IMG/VR virus record: IMGVR_UViG_3300021472_000001 | Span: 7,923 to 71,922 of that record | Length of the DNA: 64,000 nt | Direction: 5' to 3' (one strand) | DNA from: a virus | Shown here: one piece after another, positions 48,525 to 57,600 of the stretch | How positions within the stretch are numbered: position 1 is the first letter of the stretch | How the letters are laid out: the number at the start of each line of letters is the position of its first letter | Translations under genes and position numbers: made by a program | Notes under the pieces: model-generated | What the model was told of the DNA's origin: nothing | Seen by the model: only the letters and a program-made list of their open reading frames with translations | Databases searched by the model: none

Positions 48525-49422
48525 AGAAGAAATAAAAAGATTAACAAAGAAAAGTGTGGAAAGTGCTTACCTTCCTGTTCCTTCACATGGAGGGTTAAAG
48601 ACGGCTCGTTTTAGATTAGAGGACGTCCGGAGGTGCTTTAGACAGCCTGCTCTTCTCCGGGATTTCATTTATTTAGTTGGAGGAGTAGCGGTGCATGGCA
48701 AAGGGAATGACGTGGATTTGGTGATACGAGGAGAGGACTTGTCAGAGCCTCAAAAAGAAGCATTATTATTCCGTTTATATCGAGCCTTTGCAGATTACTT
48801 CAAGATTCCTTATGATGAGACACCTAAGTATTTACACATAACGTTTAATAATTATGGACCTTACACGAATCACATGCTATTATACCACTTAGCGATAGTT
48901 CCTAATGAGGACAAGCAAATCCATGAAATGGAACTCCTAAAGTCGGCAACTAACGGCGAATGGATAGTTTACGGTTACGGCTCTATTGATGCAGTTGACC
49001 TTGAAGGTGATGAAATCACAATTGACGCTCTTAAAGGCATGTGGGAAGAGATGCAGAAGACACCTAAGAAATACTGGAATGTCATGAATGAGCACGGTGG
49101 TGTTCAAGTTGGTGAGATACTCCCTGAGTGGAATGGGCTGAAAACTCACGTAGATGACAGAGGCTTCTTTGTGATAGTTAAACTTCGTAAGGACATCGAG
49201 GCGGCTCGAAGAGTATGGGAAGCAATTCACTCAGATGACGAAGATGAGCGCATCAAGAGTTTCTCGATTCACATAGAGTATCCAGGCGGAGTGGAGGAAT
49301 GCACAGAGAAAGTATGCGATAAGAATAGGTGCTGGCGTAAGATAACCAAAGCAAGATTCCTCGAGTTGAGCTTCACGCGGAATCCGGCTAATCCCTTATG
49401 TATATTTAAGCCTGCGCACTAA
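48514..49422 (+). CDS. Pol-beta-like nucleotidyltransferase domain fused to an HK97-type prohead protease (protease 2)
   Basis: N-terminal LVGG...NDVDLVI; C-terminal YGYGS...D..GD, EHG..VG, KSFSI, ELS....PANP. Confidence 0.82.
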   Translation: MLDKEEIKRLTKKSVESAYLPVPSHGGLKTARFRLEDVRRCFRQPALLRDFIYLVGGVAVHGKGNDVDLVIRGEDLSEPQKEALLFRLYRAFADYFKIPYDETPKYLHITFNNYGPYTNHMLLYHLAIVPNEDKQIHEMELLKSATNGEWIVYGYGSIDAVDLEGDEITIDALKGMWEEMQKTPKKYWNVMNEHGGVQVGEILPEWNGLKTHVDDRGFFVIVKLRKDIEAARRVWEAIHSDDEDERIKSFSIHIEYPGGVEECTEKVCDKNRCWRKITKARFLELSFTRNPANPLCIFKPAH

Positions 49423-49449
49423 TTATACGATAAGCCTTTAGGAAGAAGG

Positions 49450-49704
49450 ATGGACGAGATGCGAGAGTTATACATTGGTGATAAACCTTATGATAATTAT
49501 TTAAGAGCTTTGGGAGATTCTCAGAGCGTAAGTATTCTTGCAAGAGGTAAAAACGTCAAGAAGGCAGTGGATGTAGCATTAATGGCACAGCGACTGAGCC
49601 AATTTACCATAAATGCTGTCTCGATATACGATGAGAAGATGACAAGCGAAGATGGTGAACGTGAATATTATGTCAGTGCGATACGTATAGACTTGACGCG
49701 TTAA
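49450..49704 (+). CDS. alba: Alba chromatin/RNA-binding protein
   Basis: YIGDKP..NY, ILARGKNV.KAVDVA, VSAIRI.L. Confidence 0.9.
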   Translation: MDEMRELYIGDKPYDNYLRALGDSQSVSILARGKNVKKAVDVALMAQRLSQFTINAVSIYDEKMTSEDGEREYYVSAIRIDLTR

Positions 49705-49734
49705 TTATATAAATAAATAAGAGGAAAGAGAGAT

Positions 49735-50316
49735 ATGGCAACACAAGAGGAAGAGTTTGAGGAATTCTTTAAAGAGTTAGAGGAAGAGACGACGGAGAAC
49801 ACTGAAGAGCAGAAGTCGGGGGAGCAGAAGGATGAAGAGGAAAAGGCTCTTACAAAAGAGGACGTCATTAAGATTGTAAGAGATGAACTGAAGACCTTCT
49901 GGCAGGGTGTTCTTTCGGGTAAGTATCCCTTACCAAAGGTAGCGAAGTATCCGTATGCTAAGTATCCTTACGCTGTGTATCCTTACGCAAAGTATCCTGC
50001 TCCGGGTGCACAAAAGAGTATAGAAGCAGATGAAGTCCCCGTAATGCCATTCTTTGTTGTGCCACAAATGGTGGATACAACCTCTGCACCTGCTCAGACT
50101 GATAACACAAAGTCCAATGAAAAAGACAAGGTAATAGAAGAGCAGAAGTCCCAGATAGAGGAACTGAAGAAGACTGTTGATGAACTCCAGAAGAAGTTGG
50201 AGGAGTTAAGCGCACAGCCTGCTCCAGAGGAAACCAAGACTGATTCAAATGATACGAAGACGGTCAATTACGTTTCTGACGTTGTGATAGAAGGCGATAC
50301 AATATCTCGACCTTAG
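49735..50316 (+). CDS. Capsid scaffolding protein
   Basis: Acidic coiled coil located between the protease and capsid genes. Confidence 0.7.
   Translation: MATQEEEFEEFFKELEEETTENTEEQKSGEQKDEEEKALTKEDVIKIVRDELKTFWQGVLSGKYPLPKVAKYPYAKYPYAVYPYAKYPAPGAQKSIEADEVPVMPFFVVPQMVDTTSAPAQTDNTKSNEKDKVIEEQKSQIEELKKTVDELQKKLEELSAQPAPEETKTDSNDTKTVNYVSDVVIEGDTISRP
49921..50000 (+). repeat. Coding 15-bp tandem repeat (AKYPY)n
   Basis: KYPLPKVAKYPYAKYPYAVYPYAKYPA. Confidence 0.8.
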
Positions 50317-50355
50317 ATAATACCTCTATGACCTAACCTAAATTTTTTTACTATT

Positions 50356-50448
50356 TGCACATATTTGAGGCTGAGCAAAATTTTATCGTTAGGCATGATA
50401 AATTATACCTACCCGATACAAAATTCTCTTAAAACTCAAATATGTGCA
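50356..50448. repeat. Dispersed symmetric 92-93 bp element, copy C
   Basis: Perfect 14-bp inverted repeat TGCACATATTTGAG / CTCAAATATGTGCA, extendable to 20 of 22 bp. Confidence 0.85.
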
Positions 50449-50495
50449 TGTAGTAAGATTTCTACGTTAAAACCTTGATAATGAGGTAGGATAAA

Positions 50496-50900
50496 ATGAC
50501 GGAAGTTGAAGATGTAGTTGCTGGTGCACCGGTTATTGTAACCTTTATAGCCGGTGCGGATATAGAGGCTGGGCAGGTGGTAGGCTACGATGTGAGTGCT
50601 TCTCCTGCTGACATGACTGTCTCTCCCACGTATCAGGACGGTTATGACACAGTTCCTGTCGGGGTAGCAGTAGATTCAGTAGAGCAAGATGACCCAGTGC
50701 CAGTTGCTATCCCTCCCTCGATAGTGAGGGTGAGAGCAAAGAGCGCAGTGAGTGCTGGTCAGCTGGTGCAGCTCAACGAGAGCAATGCAGGTCAGGTCGA
50801 ACCATACAACTCCAGCGATAACACATGGGCAGTAGGTCAGGCTCTTGAAGACATAAGTGCAAATTCGACAGGAAGAGTGAGGTTGCTCCTCACGAAATAA
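50496..50900 (+). CDS. Head decoration/cement protein (DUF2190-like)
   Basis: AG..I.AGQVV...VGVA...AG..V...G.V...VG.ALE; directly upstream of the capsid gene. Confidence 0.75.
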   Translation: MTEVEDVVAGAPVIVTFIAGADIEAGQVVGYDVSASPADMTVSPTYQDGYDTVPVGVAVDSVEQDDPVPVAIPPSIVRVRAKSAVSAGQLVQLNESNAGQVEPYNSSDNTWAVGQALEDISANSTGRVRLLLTK

Positions 50901-50934
50901 ATACCTCTATTTTAAATTAAATAGGTAAGGAGAA

Positions 50935-51921
50935 ATGGGAGATTTAGCGAATTTACTCCGGGTTGTAAAGGCTGGTGATAATGCGAATGAGAGGTCTTAC
51001 TGGATGAAGAGGCTCTCGAAAAACACACACGAGCTCATGCAGGCTTACAATATAAGTGCTGAACATCTCGTTCGAGAGGAACTGTATAAGGAGATACTCA
51101 GGGGTGCAGAGGAAGTCCTGTGTATGCGAGATGTTCTTCCGATTTACAGAATGAAAAAGAACGAACTGAGGTTTGTCCTCACGGACGCTCCCACAGGTAT
51201 GCTTCCTCTCGTAGCACCGGGTTCGTCTCTGCCTGAGGGTCCCGATGTTCACTTTAAGTCAGATGTTACATTCGTAGCACAGAAATATGGTGAGAAGGTG
51301 GGCATACCAGAGGAACTCATAGAGGAGGAAGAGTTCGATATCATCGAGCTGTTAGTTCACAATGAAGGTCGTCGAGCAGAGAACAGGCTGAATGATGTAG
51401 CTATGAAGGCACTGTTAGACGCTAAGAGCTCAATTGAGAGCACAGATAACGTTTGCATCATAGACAGGATAGTTGAGATGATAAAGACAATGCGAGGTAA
51501 CAAGTTTGAACCAGATACCATCATAATGACACCAGAGGCTGAGGCTGAGATACTCAAGTATATGGTAGGTGAGACCAAATCAGCTAATACAACTGGCACA
51601 ACTGGTTATCAGAAGACTGGCGTCCCTGAGATATTCAGGACTAAGGACATAGGCAGACCAATAGTTGGTCTGAAACCCTATGTGCTATCAAAGAGTGTAA
51701 CTGGCGAATCCCTAACTTGGGGTGGAGCTACTACGAACGCTCACATCTGTATCCTCGATAGCAGGATGGCTGGTGGGATAGGAATGCGAAGTGATATAGC
51801 AGTAGAGCGATATGAAGACCCGCTCAACGATCTCAGGAACCTGAAGATAACCATGAGAGTGTGCGCCAAAGTGTTCTTTGATGACGCTATTGAGTTCGGT
51901 GATATAGCGAGTCTGCTATAA
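50935..51921 (+). CDS. HK97-fold major capsid protein 2
   Basis: Protease-scaffold-decoration-capsid gene order; KYG..V.I.EELIE, PDTIIM.P. Confidence 0.87.
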   Translation: MGDLANLLRVVKAGDNANERSYWMKRLSKNTHELMQAYNISAEHLVREELYKEILRGAEEVLCMRDVLPIYRMKKNELRFVLTDAPTGMLPLVAPGSSLPEGPDVHFKSDVTFVAQKYGEKVGIPEELIEEEEFDIIELLVHNEGRRAENRLNDVAMKALLDAKSSIESTDNVCIIDRIVEMIKTMRGNKFEPDTIIMTPEAEAEILKYMVGETKSANTTGTTGYQKTGVPEIFRTKDIGRPIVGLKPYVLSKSVTGESLTWGGATTNAHICILDSRMAGGIGMRSDIAVERYEDPLNDLRNLKITMRVCAKVFFDDAIEFGDIASLL

Positions 51922-51962
51922 ACGTATCTCTATACTTCTATTCTTCTCTTTTCGGTGATAAC

Positions 51963-52118
51963 ATGATAGGACTGACATTACTTATAATCGGGGTATTAGG
52001 GGTTTGGGCTGCCGTTCTTATGGAGCTGAAGACTAATGCTGAACTGTGGGAAATCCTCATGAAGATATTCCCAACAGTGTTTGGTGTAGGCGCATTCCTT
52101 TGTGGCATGGGGTATTAG
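51963..52118 (+). CDS. Small 2-TM membrane protein (51 aa, below the track cutoff)
   Basis: MIGLTLLIIGVLGVWAAVLM...; GGTGA SD. Confidence 0.55.
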   Translation: MIGLTLLIIGVLGVWAAVLMELKTNAELWEILMKIFPTVFGVGAFLCGMGY

Positions 52119-52287
52119 CAATGTGGAGTAAGAAACACTGGCATAGGGACTATTTTGAAATCATTAATAGAGGCTCGATAGATAGGGATGCTGTTTCCGA
52201 CTGGGAGTATAAATGGGCAGGACTGTCTTTCCCTGATGGTTATCATCCAAGACGAATTTTAGTTGGTGGCAGATTGGATTATCCTCC

Positions 52288-52794
52288 ATGATAGTTCCAA
52301 GTATTCAATTCAGGACTTCGGAATTGACCATACTGAAACGGCTTGATCAGTTGCCTTCTCATTTATATATTGCTAAGGAGGACTCCCTCACTTTAATGCT
52401 CCATACCCTAAGAAGGAACTGTCCTGTTGGATGGAGACCAGCGAGAGAAGCTCATCCCGGTGAACCTCGCATGAAGAATGCCATCTTCTTTAAGAGGGAA
52501 GACCGTCCTAATGTATATGGTGGTAGAGTTTACATAGATACTAACATTTGTCCTCACGCTTATTATTACACCTACGGAAGAGCAGGTGGAAGAATGATAT
52601 TTCCCGTAAGGAAGAAAGCTCTTACAATAGTGAAGAGAGGTATGACTAAAGAAACAGCTCCTCTTCGTAAATGGGCTCGACTTGGTGGTATGAGACCTCA
52701 CACAGAATATCTCGAGAAGACAGTGCGAGAAGTGGAACCAAAAATAAGAGAATACTTCAAGGATGCGGTTAGAGTATGGATAGGTGGTGTGTGA
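52288..52794 (+). CDS. Neck/tail-completion protein (HK97 gp10-like)
   Basis: Basic; HA.Y..YG, I.P..KKAL, G.RP..YL. Confidence 0.7.
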   Translation: MIVPSIQFRTSELTILKRLDQLPSHLYIAKEDSLTLMLHTLRRNCPVGWRPAREAHPGEPRMKNAIFFKREDRPNVYGGRVYIDTNICPHAYYYTYGRAGGRMIFPVRKKALTIVKRGMTKETAPLRKWARLGGMRPHTEYLEKTVREVEPKIREYFKDAVRVWIGGV

Positions 52795-53123
52795 TGTATG
52801 GAGAATTAGCTAATGTTAAACATCTATTGGAAATACCGCAGAGCGAAACGATCTACGATACCACCTTAGAGTATCTTCTCGACATCGCTAATACTTGGCT
52901 TTCTACTCGTGAGAGCGTCCCTTTGGATGATGATATTAAGAATGCAGCCTGTGAATTCTTTGCGGCTTATCTTTATAGAGCTCGTGCGGAGATGCTCTCT
53001 CCTTCAGGTGAGATTTCGGGTGTAGCGGCAGAATACAAAAAGACTGCTTTTGCTCTTCTTGAGGATGGAATAAAACAAGAAACTAAAGATAGAGACTTCG
53101 CATTTAAGAAGGTGAATAAGTGA
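52776..53123 (+). CDS. Head-tail adaptor protein
   Basis: Y..L..VK..L...D..L..LL..A; small helical protein. Confidence 0.7.
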   Translation: MDRWCVMYGELANVKHLLEIPQSETIYDTTLEYLLDIANTWLSTRESVPLDDDIKNAACEFFAAYLYRARAEMLSPSGEISGVAAEYKKTAFALLEDGIKQETKDRDFAFKKVNK

Positions 53124-53545
53124 TGTATATAGATAGAGCTAAGGAATATCTTGATACAATTGTTAGTGTCATAGAGCAGGAGTTGTCTGATAACAATAAG
53201 AATATCCCTGTATTTGCTCAGCACTACCTTAGAGCCTCAGACGTTGGGAAGGTTCCTTACGTTTCTGTGGTGCTTGATAGGCTTGAGAGAGACCTCACAA
53301 CGATTGGTAAGTCCCTTCGTATGGTGCGTATTTATTATGCCATAACCCTAGTTGAGAAATATCAAGAGGAGAAACTCTTTAGTGATTTACCAATAATTGA
53401 GGACGCCTTAGAAAAAGTAGAAGACCAACTCCCATATACAACCGAGTGTGCAAGTGTAGTTGGAGAGGATATTGCTTATGAAGAAGTGGGAAACATAGTC
53501 CTTCAAGCTACTCAAATCACATTTCTTGTAGAAGCTTCAATATAG
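53120..53545 (+). CDS. Tail terminator-like protein
   Basis: Precedes the tail tube gene; PYVSV. Confidence 0.6.
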   Translation: MMYIDRAKEYLDTIVSVIEQELSDNNKNIPVFAQHYLRASDVGKVPYVSVVLDRLERDLTTIGKSLRMVRIYYAITLVEKYQEEKLFSDLPIIEDALEKVEDQLPYTTECASVVGEDIAYEEVGNIVLQATQITFLVEASI

Positions 53546-53577
53546 TTTTAGTTAAAAAAGAATAGAGGAGAAGAGAA

Positions 53578-54048
53578 ATGGTAACACCAATAAAAGGTTG
53601 GAAGGGTGAAGTGCGTATAATTGGTGCCGATGATAACAATTCGTGGTTTGATGCTGCTCCCGATCCAAAGGCACTCCGAAATCCGGTTTCAACCTCGGTA
53701 CCGATGGATAAGATATATGTCATAGGCAAGAAAAGCCCAGAAGCGATACTGGAGGGTGAACAAGAAATAACAGGAACAATAGAAAGACCATTGTTCGCAA
53801 ACGAGAGCGAAAATTATGTGGCAAGCGTAAGTGGCACTAGTAAGCTTCTAACAGACCTTGCAGGTGTAACTACGGCTTCAATGATAGAATGTAAAATGCG
53901 AGTGAGACCTAATGAGTCCTCAGGACAGCTCAAGGGTTATATACTTTCAGGCGTAAAGTTCCATGACTGGGGTATAGACTTTGCAGCTGGAGACATGACA
54001 AAGGAGCATGCTGACTTCTCTGCGACTGATATAGAACAGGAGTCGTAA
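53578..54048 (+). CDS. Tail tube (major tail) protein
   Basis: Size and position; G...ITGTIER...L.GVKF. Confidence 0.75.
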   Translation: MVTPIKGWKGEVRIIGADDNNSWFDAAPDPKALRNPVSTSVPMDKIYVIGKKSPEAILEGEQEITGTIERPLFANESENYVASVSGTSKLLTDLAGVTTASMIECKMRVRPNESSGQLKGYILSGVKFHDWGIDFAAGDMTKEHADFSATDIEQES

Positions 54049-54087
54049 TCCCTTAATTCTATTTATCCTTTATAAAGGAGTGGTGCT

Positions 54088-54477
54088 ATGAGCAAGATTA
54101 CATTAGATGAATATTTAAAGAAGCAACGAGAGATAGAAGAATTTACGTTGCCTTCGGGTTTAGTTGTGAAGATCAGGAAAAGACTATCTCCTATACGCTT
54201 ATTGAAGATATTGGGACGTTCAGGTGTGAGTTGGGAAGACCTTGGGACTAATCTCTCCATTGAACAATACCGAAGTTTTTGTGAAGAGGGATTCAGGGAA
54301 CTTTTGATAGAACCTAAAGTTCCTGATGACATTACACCAGACGATTTCACTACGGAAGACTTTACAGCTTTACATAAGCGATTAATGGAGGAGTTCAGGG
54401 GCAGAATAGATACCGAGGTTCAAGGTTTAGGAGAGAAAGACTTAGAGAATAAGGATTTTACTACACCGTCAGGGTGA
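54088..54477 (+). CDS. Tail assembly chaperone (gpG-like)
   Basis: Located between the tail tube and tape measure genes. Confidence 0.75.
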   Translation: MSKITLDEYLKKQREIEEFTLPSGLVVKIRKRLSPIRLLKILGRSGVSWEDLGTNLSIEQYRSFCEEGFRELLIEPKVPDDITPDDFTTEDFTALHKRLMEEFRGRIDTEVQGLGEKDLENKDFTTPSG

Positions 54478-54653
54478 TTGCAGAGACTTGCCATGTGAGA
54501 CCTTCTGATATTCTTGATCCTCTTGATGAGCTTTCCTACATTGATAAAATCAAATTGGATATTTCTGTATTAACAGCTCGAAGTAAGGAAGCAACTAAAA
54601 CACTTCCTCCTCACGAGGCTGTCGAGCTGTTAAAAAGACTCAAGAAGAAATAA
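54453..54653 (+). CDS. -1 frameshift extension of the tail chaperone (gpGT-like)
   Basis: Slippery G GAT TTT at 54453-54459; the -1 frame is open to TAA 54653 (…IAETCHVRPSDIL…). Confidence 0.7.
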   Translation, partial: GFYYTVRVIAETCHVRPSDILDPLDELSYIDKIKLDISVLTARSKEATKTLPPHEAVELLKRLKKK

Positions 54654-54654
54654 A

Positions 54655-57600
54655 TTGGAACGGATAGAGGTCGTATTGGAAGGACGGGATAGGACTCAGA
54701 AAGCATTTGCTGAGTTCCGTAAGAATGTAGAGACGTCAGTAGGTGAATTGCGGAAAGCGAAAGCGGAGATATTTGCATATAGCTCTAGTGTAAAGAATGC
54801 TATCCAGTGGCAACAGATGTCTGCTAAGGAATACGTCAGAGCTACGGCTCAGCTCAGAAAGTATGATGATTATCTTAGAAGACTGACTACTCAAATCCCA
54901 AAGAATCAGCAAGAACAAGCAAGATGGGTTAAATCGGTTCGGCAAGGTCTTTCCCCAATTCAGCAATACATTAAGAATTTCGATGAGATAGCACCTCTTT
55001 TAGATAAGACCGCACAGAAAGCATTGGACTTTAATAATACTCTCATTCAAACTACAGGATTCGTTAAGAAGGGCTCTGTTTATGTGGAATCCCTTCGAGG
55101 TCGAGTTCGTCGATTAGCTCGTTCCTTTGCTGACATGAAGGGACCTCTCTATACAGTAGGTCGAGTCTTTAATCACTATCTTCCTATCTTCTTTGTAGGA
55201 ATATATGCGTTTAGGAACCTTCAGCAACAACTGGATCGACTCGTAAAGTCTTTTGCTGATTTTGAGTCTCAACTCGTAGTGGTCGAAAGGACGACCGGCA
55301 TGACCACCCAAACAGTCTCAAGACTCGGTGACATAATGTTAGACCTCACCACGATAATGCCTTCGACTATTGCTGAACTTGAGGAAGTGGCGATAACAGC
55401 GGGGCGATTAGGAATAACTGGTGAGGCTAACATCATGAAGTTTACTGATGCGATTATTAAGATGGCTAATGCAACTGTCCTCTCCGCTGATCAAGCTGCC
55501 AATGCTATGGCTCGTATAGCTAAGGCTCTGGGAATTCCCATCGAGAACGTCAATTATTTAGGTTCAATGATAGACCGTTTAGCAAATACTGCTGCTGCAA
55601 ATGCTGAGCAAATCACGACTGCTATGAAGAGAGCTGCTGGTGCTGCTAAAGTATTAAACATTCCCGCAGAAGCTCTTGCTGCTATGGTTACGACATTGAT
55701 AGAGGCGGGTGATGAAGCAGCACGAACTGGGACTCGTTTATCGAGAGCTTTCACATACGCCTCGATTAAGACTGCCGTTATGGCACGTCAAATGGGAATG
55801 TCAGTATCCGAACTTAGAAAGCGAATGGAAGAAGACATGCTCGCAGTGTGGTTAGACTATCTTAAGATGCTCAAGGAAACTCCTTCAAAGACTGAACGAT
55901 TAGCAAAGGCTCATGAGGTCTTTGGAATGATAGGCAGCAAGGCTATAATTAAGCTTGCGAATAACTACGATATTCTCGTGAAGCACATGGAAGATGCACA
56001 TGAGGATATGCTTACTGGTATTACATTAGAGCGAGAGTTTGCAAAGGCACTTGATACCACTTCTGCTAAACTCCAGATATTAGATAATCAAATTGAAGCA
56101 GCAAAAATACGATTGGGAGAAAAGTTAGCACCAGCTACAATGGCGATGAAAGAGATAGTCCTTAAGTTCTATGAAACATTAGCGGGACCCGAACCAAAAC
56201 ATTATGGTGAAACAATAACTTATATTTCGAGCAACATTGAAAAGCTTCTTAAAGGTCAGGTAGATTTAACGGAAGGGACAAAGAGATATCAAACTGTTTT
56301 AACAGAAGCTAATTACGTGCTATATGATAGAGGAGAATTAATAGACACCATTATACCTGTTGAGTGGGAGGAGAAAACTCTCCAAGAGAAATTGTCATAT
56401 TTATTTGGAGAACGAACCAAGAAGGAGCAAAATATAATTGAGACTCGAAAAAAGCTTCTCAATATTCAGGCTGATACGTTGGGAGAGTGGTTACGTGAAG
56501 CAGATGTCATAACTAAAGGTGCAGCCTCTCAAGCTTTCTTTAATGACGCGATATACAGCGGGACTCGAGCGTTCGCTAAATACGGTGCGGTGGCTACTCG
56601 TGCGAATGCAGTCATAGGCTCTCTCACAAAGTCTCTGATTGAAAGTGGCTTAGCATCTGATGAACTTCGAGAAACTTGGGACGAATTGGGAGATGCTCTT
56701 ACAAAACGCCAAAGTCTGATTAAAACTATTGTAGAGCTTCAAAGCCGATGGGGCAATGTAACTGAGCGAATATCTGATTTAGAATACGAATTGAATGATG
56801 TAATGGAGGGTCAATTAAAGACAATTGATACTCTTCTCTCCGCCAATGAGGACTTAGCAGAGACTTATTATAACTTAAATGATGCATTAGCTTATTTAAA
56901 TGGTCAATATCCCACATTCCAATCGCTCACAAGGGGAGTTCTCGCTGTTATAAATGACACAATAGTTCCTATCGAGCTGTTAGATAAAGGATTCCTCAAG
57001 TTAGGTGATGTTATTCCAAAGAAATATTTGACGCCTCTAAAAGCTTTGTTGGAGCAACACAAGAGAGTCATAGATAGTTATCAAGAGCTACAAGCAGCTG
57101 AAATGCAATTTGGACCGGGAAGTGAAAAAGTAGTAAATGCACGAGCATTGTTCCGAGAAGAGCTCAATAAATACATCTCTCTCCTTGGGGAAGCTTCTCC
57201 TGTTATCACGGAATTAAACGCAAAAGAGTTGGAATGGGGACTAACGGAGAGTAAGAGATACACACAACTCAAGGCTTCTGCCATAATGACGCAGGAAGAA
57301 CTGGAGCTGTATAAAGAGGAGATAGATGCAACTTCTGATTTGCGTAATTCTTATGATAGACTAAACATGATTCGAGCTGAAATTACTGAATTAACAAATG
57401 CACAAAACAAAGCACAAAAAATGTGGAATGAGGCTTTAGGGATGAGCTCTAACACCACAGAGGCGTTTAATAATGTTTTGGATAGATTAGGCATAACGGA
57501 GGAGGAAGATAGGAAACGTTACCTAAAGCGAGTAGAGGAGATAATAAAGGGCAATGAGTCAGAAGAGAAGCGGAATAAACTAATAATAGATTACATTGCA

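Noticed and set aside
2755-50448. 92-bp elements as single CRISPR repeat-spacer-repeat units or integron attC sites
   Set aside because: The core length is spacer-like, but the flanks are inverted rather than direct. There are no RYYYAAC/GTTRRRY ends, arm pairing is poor in most copies, and no integrase is present in the window.
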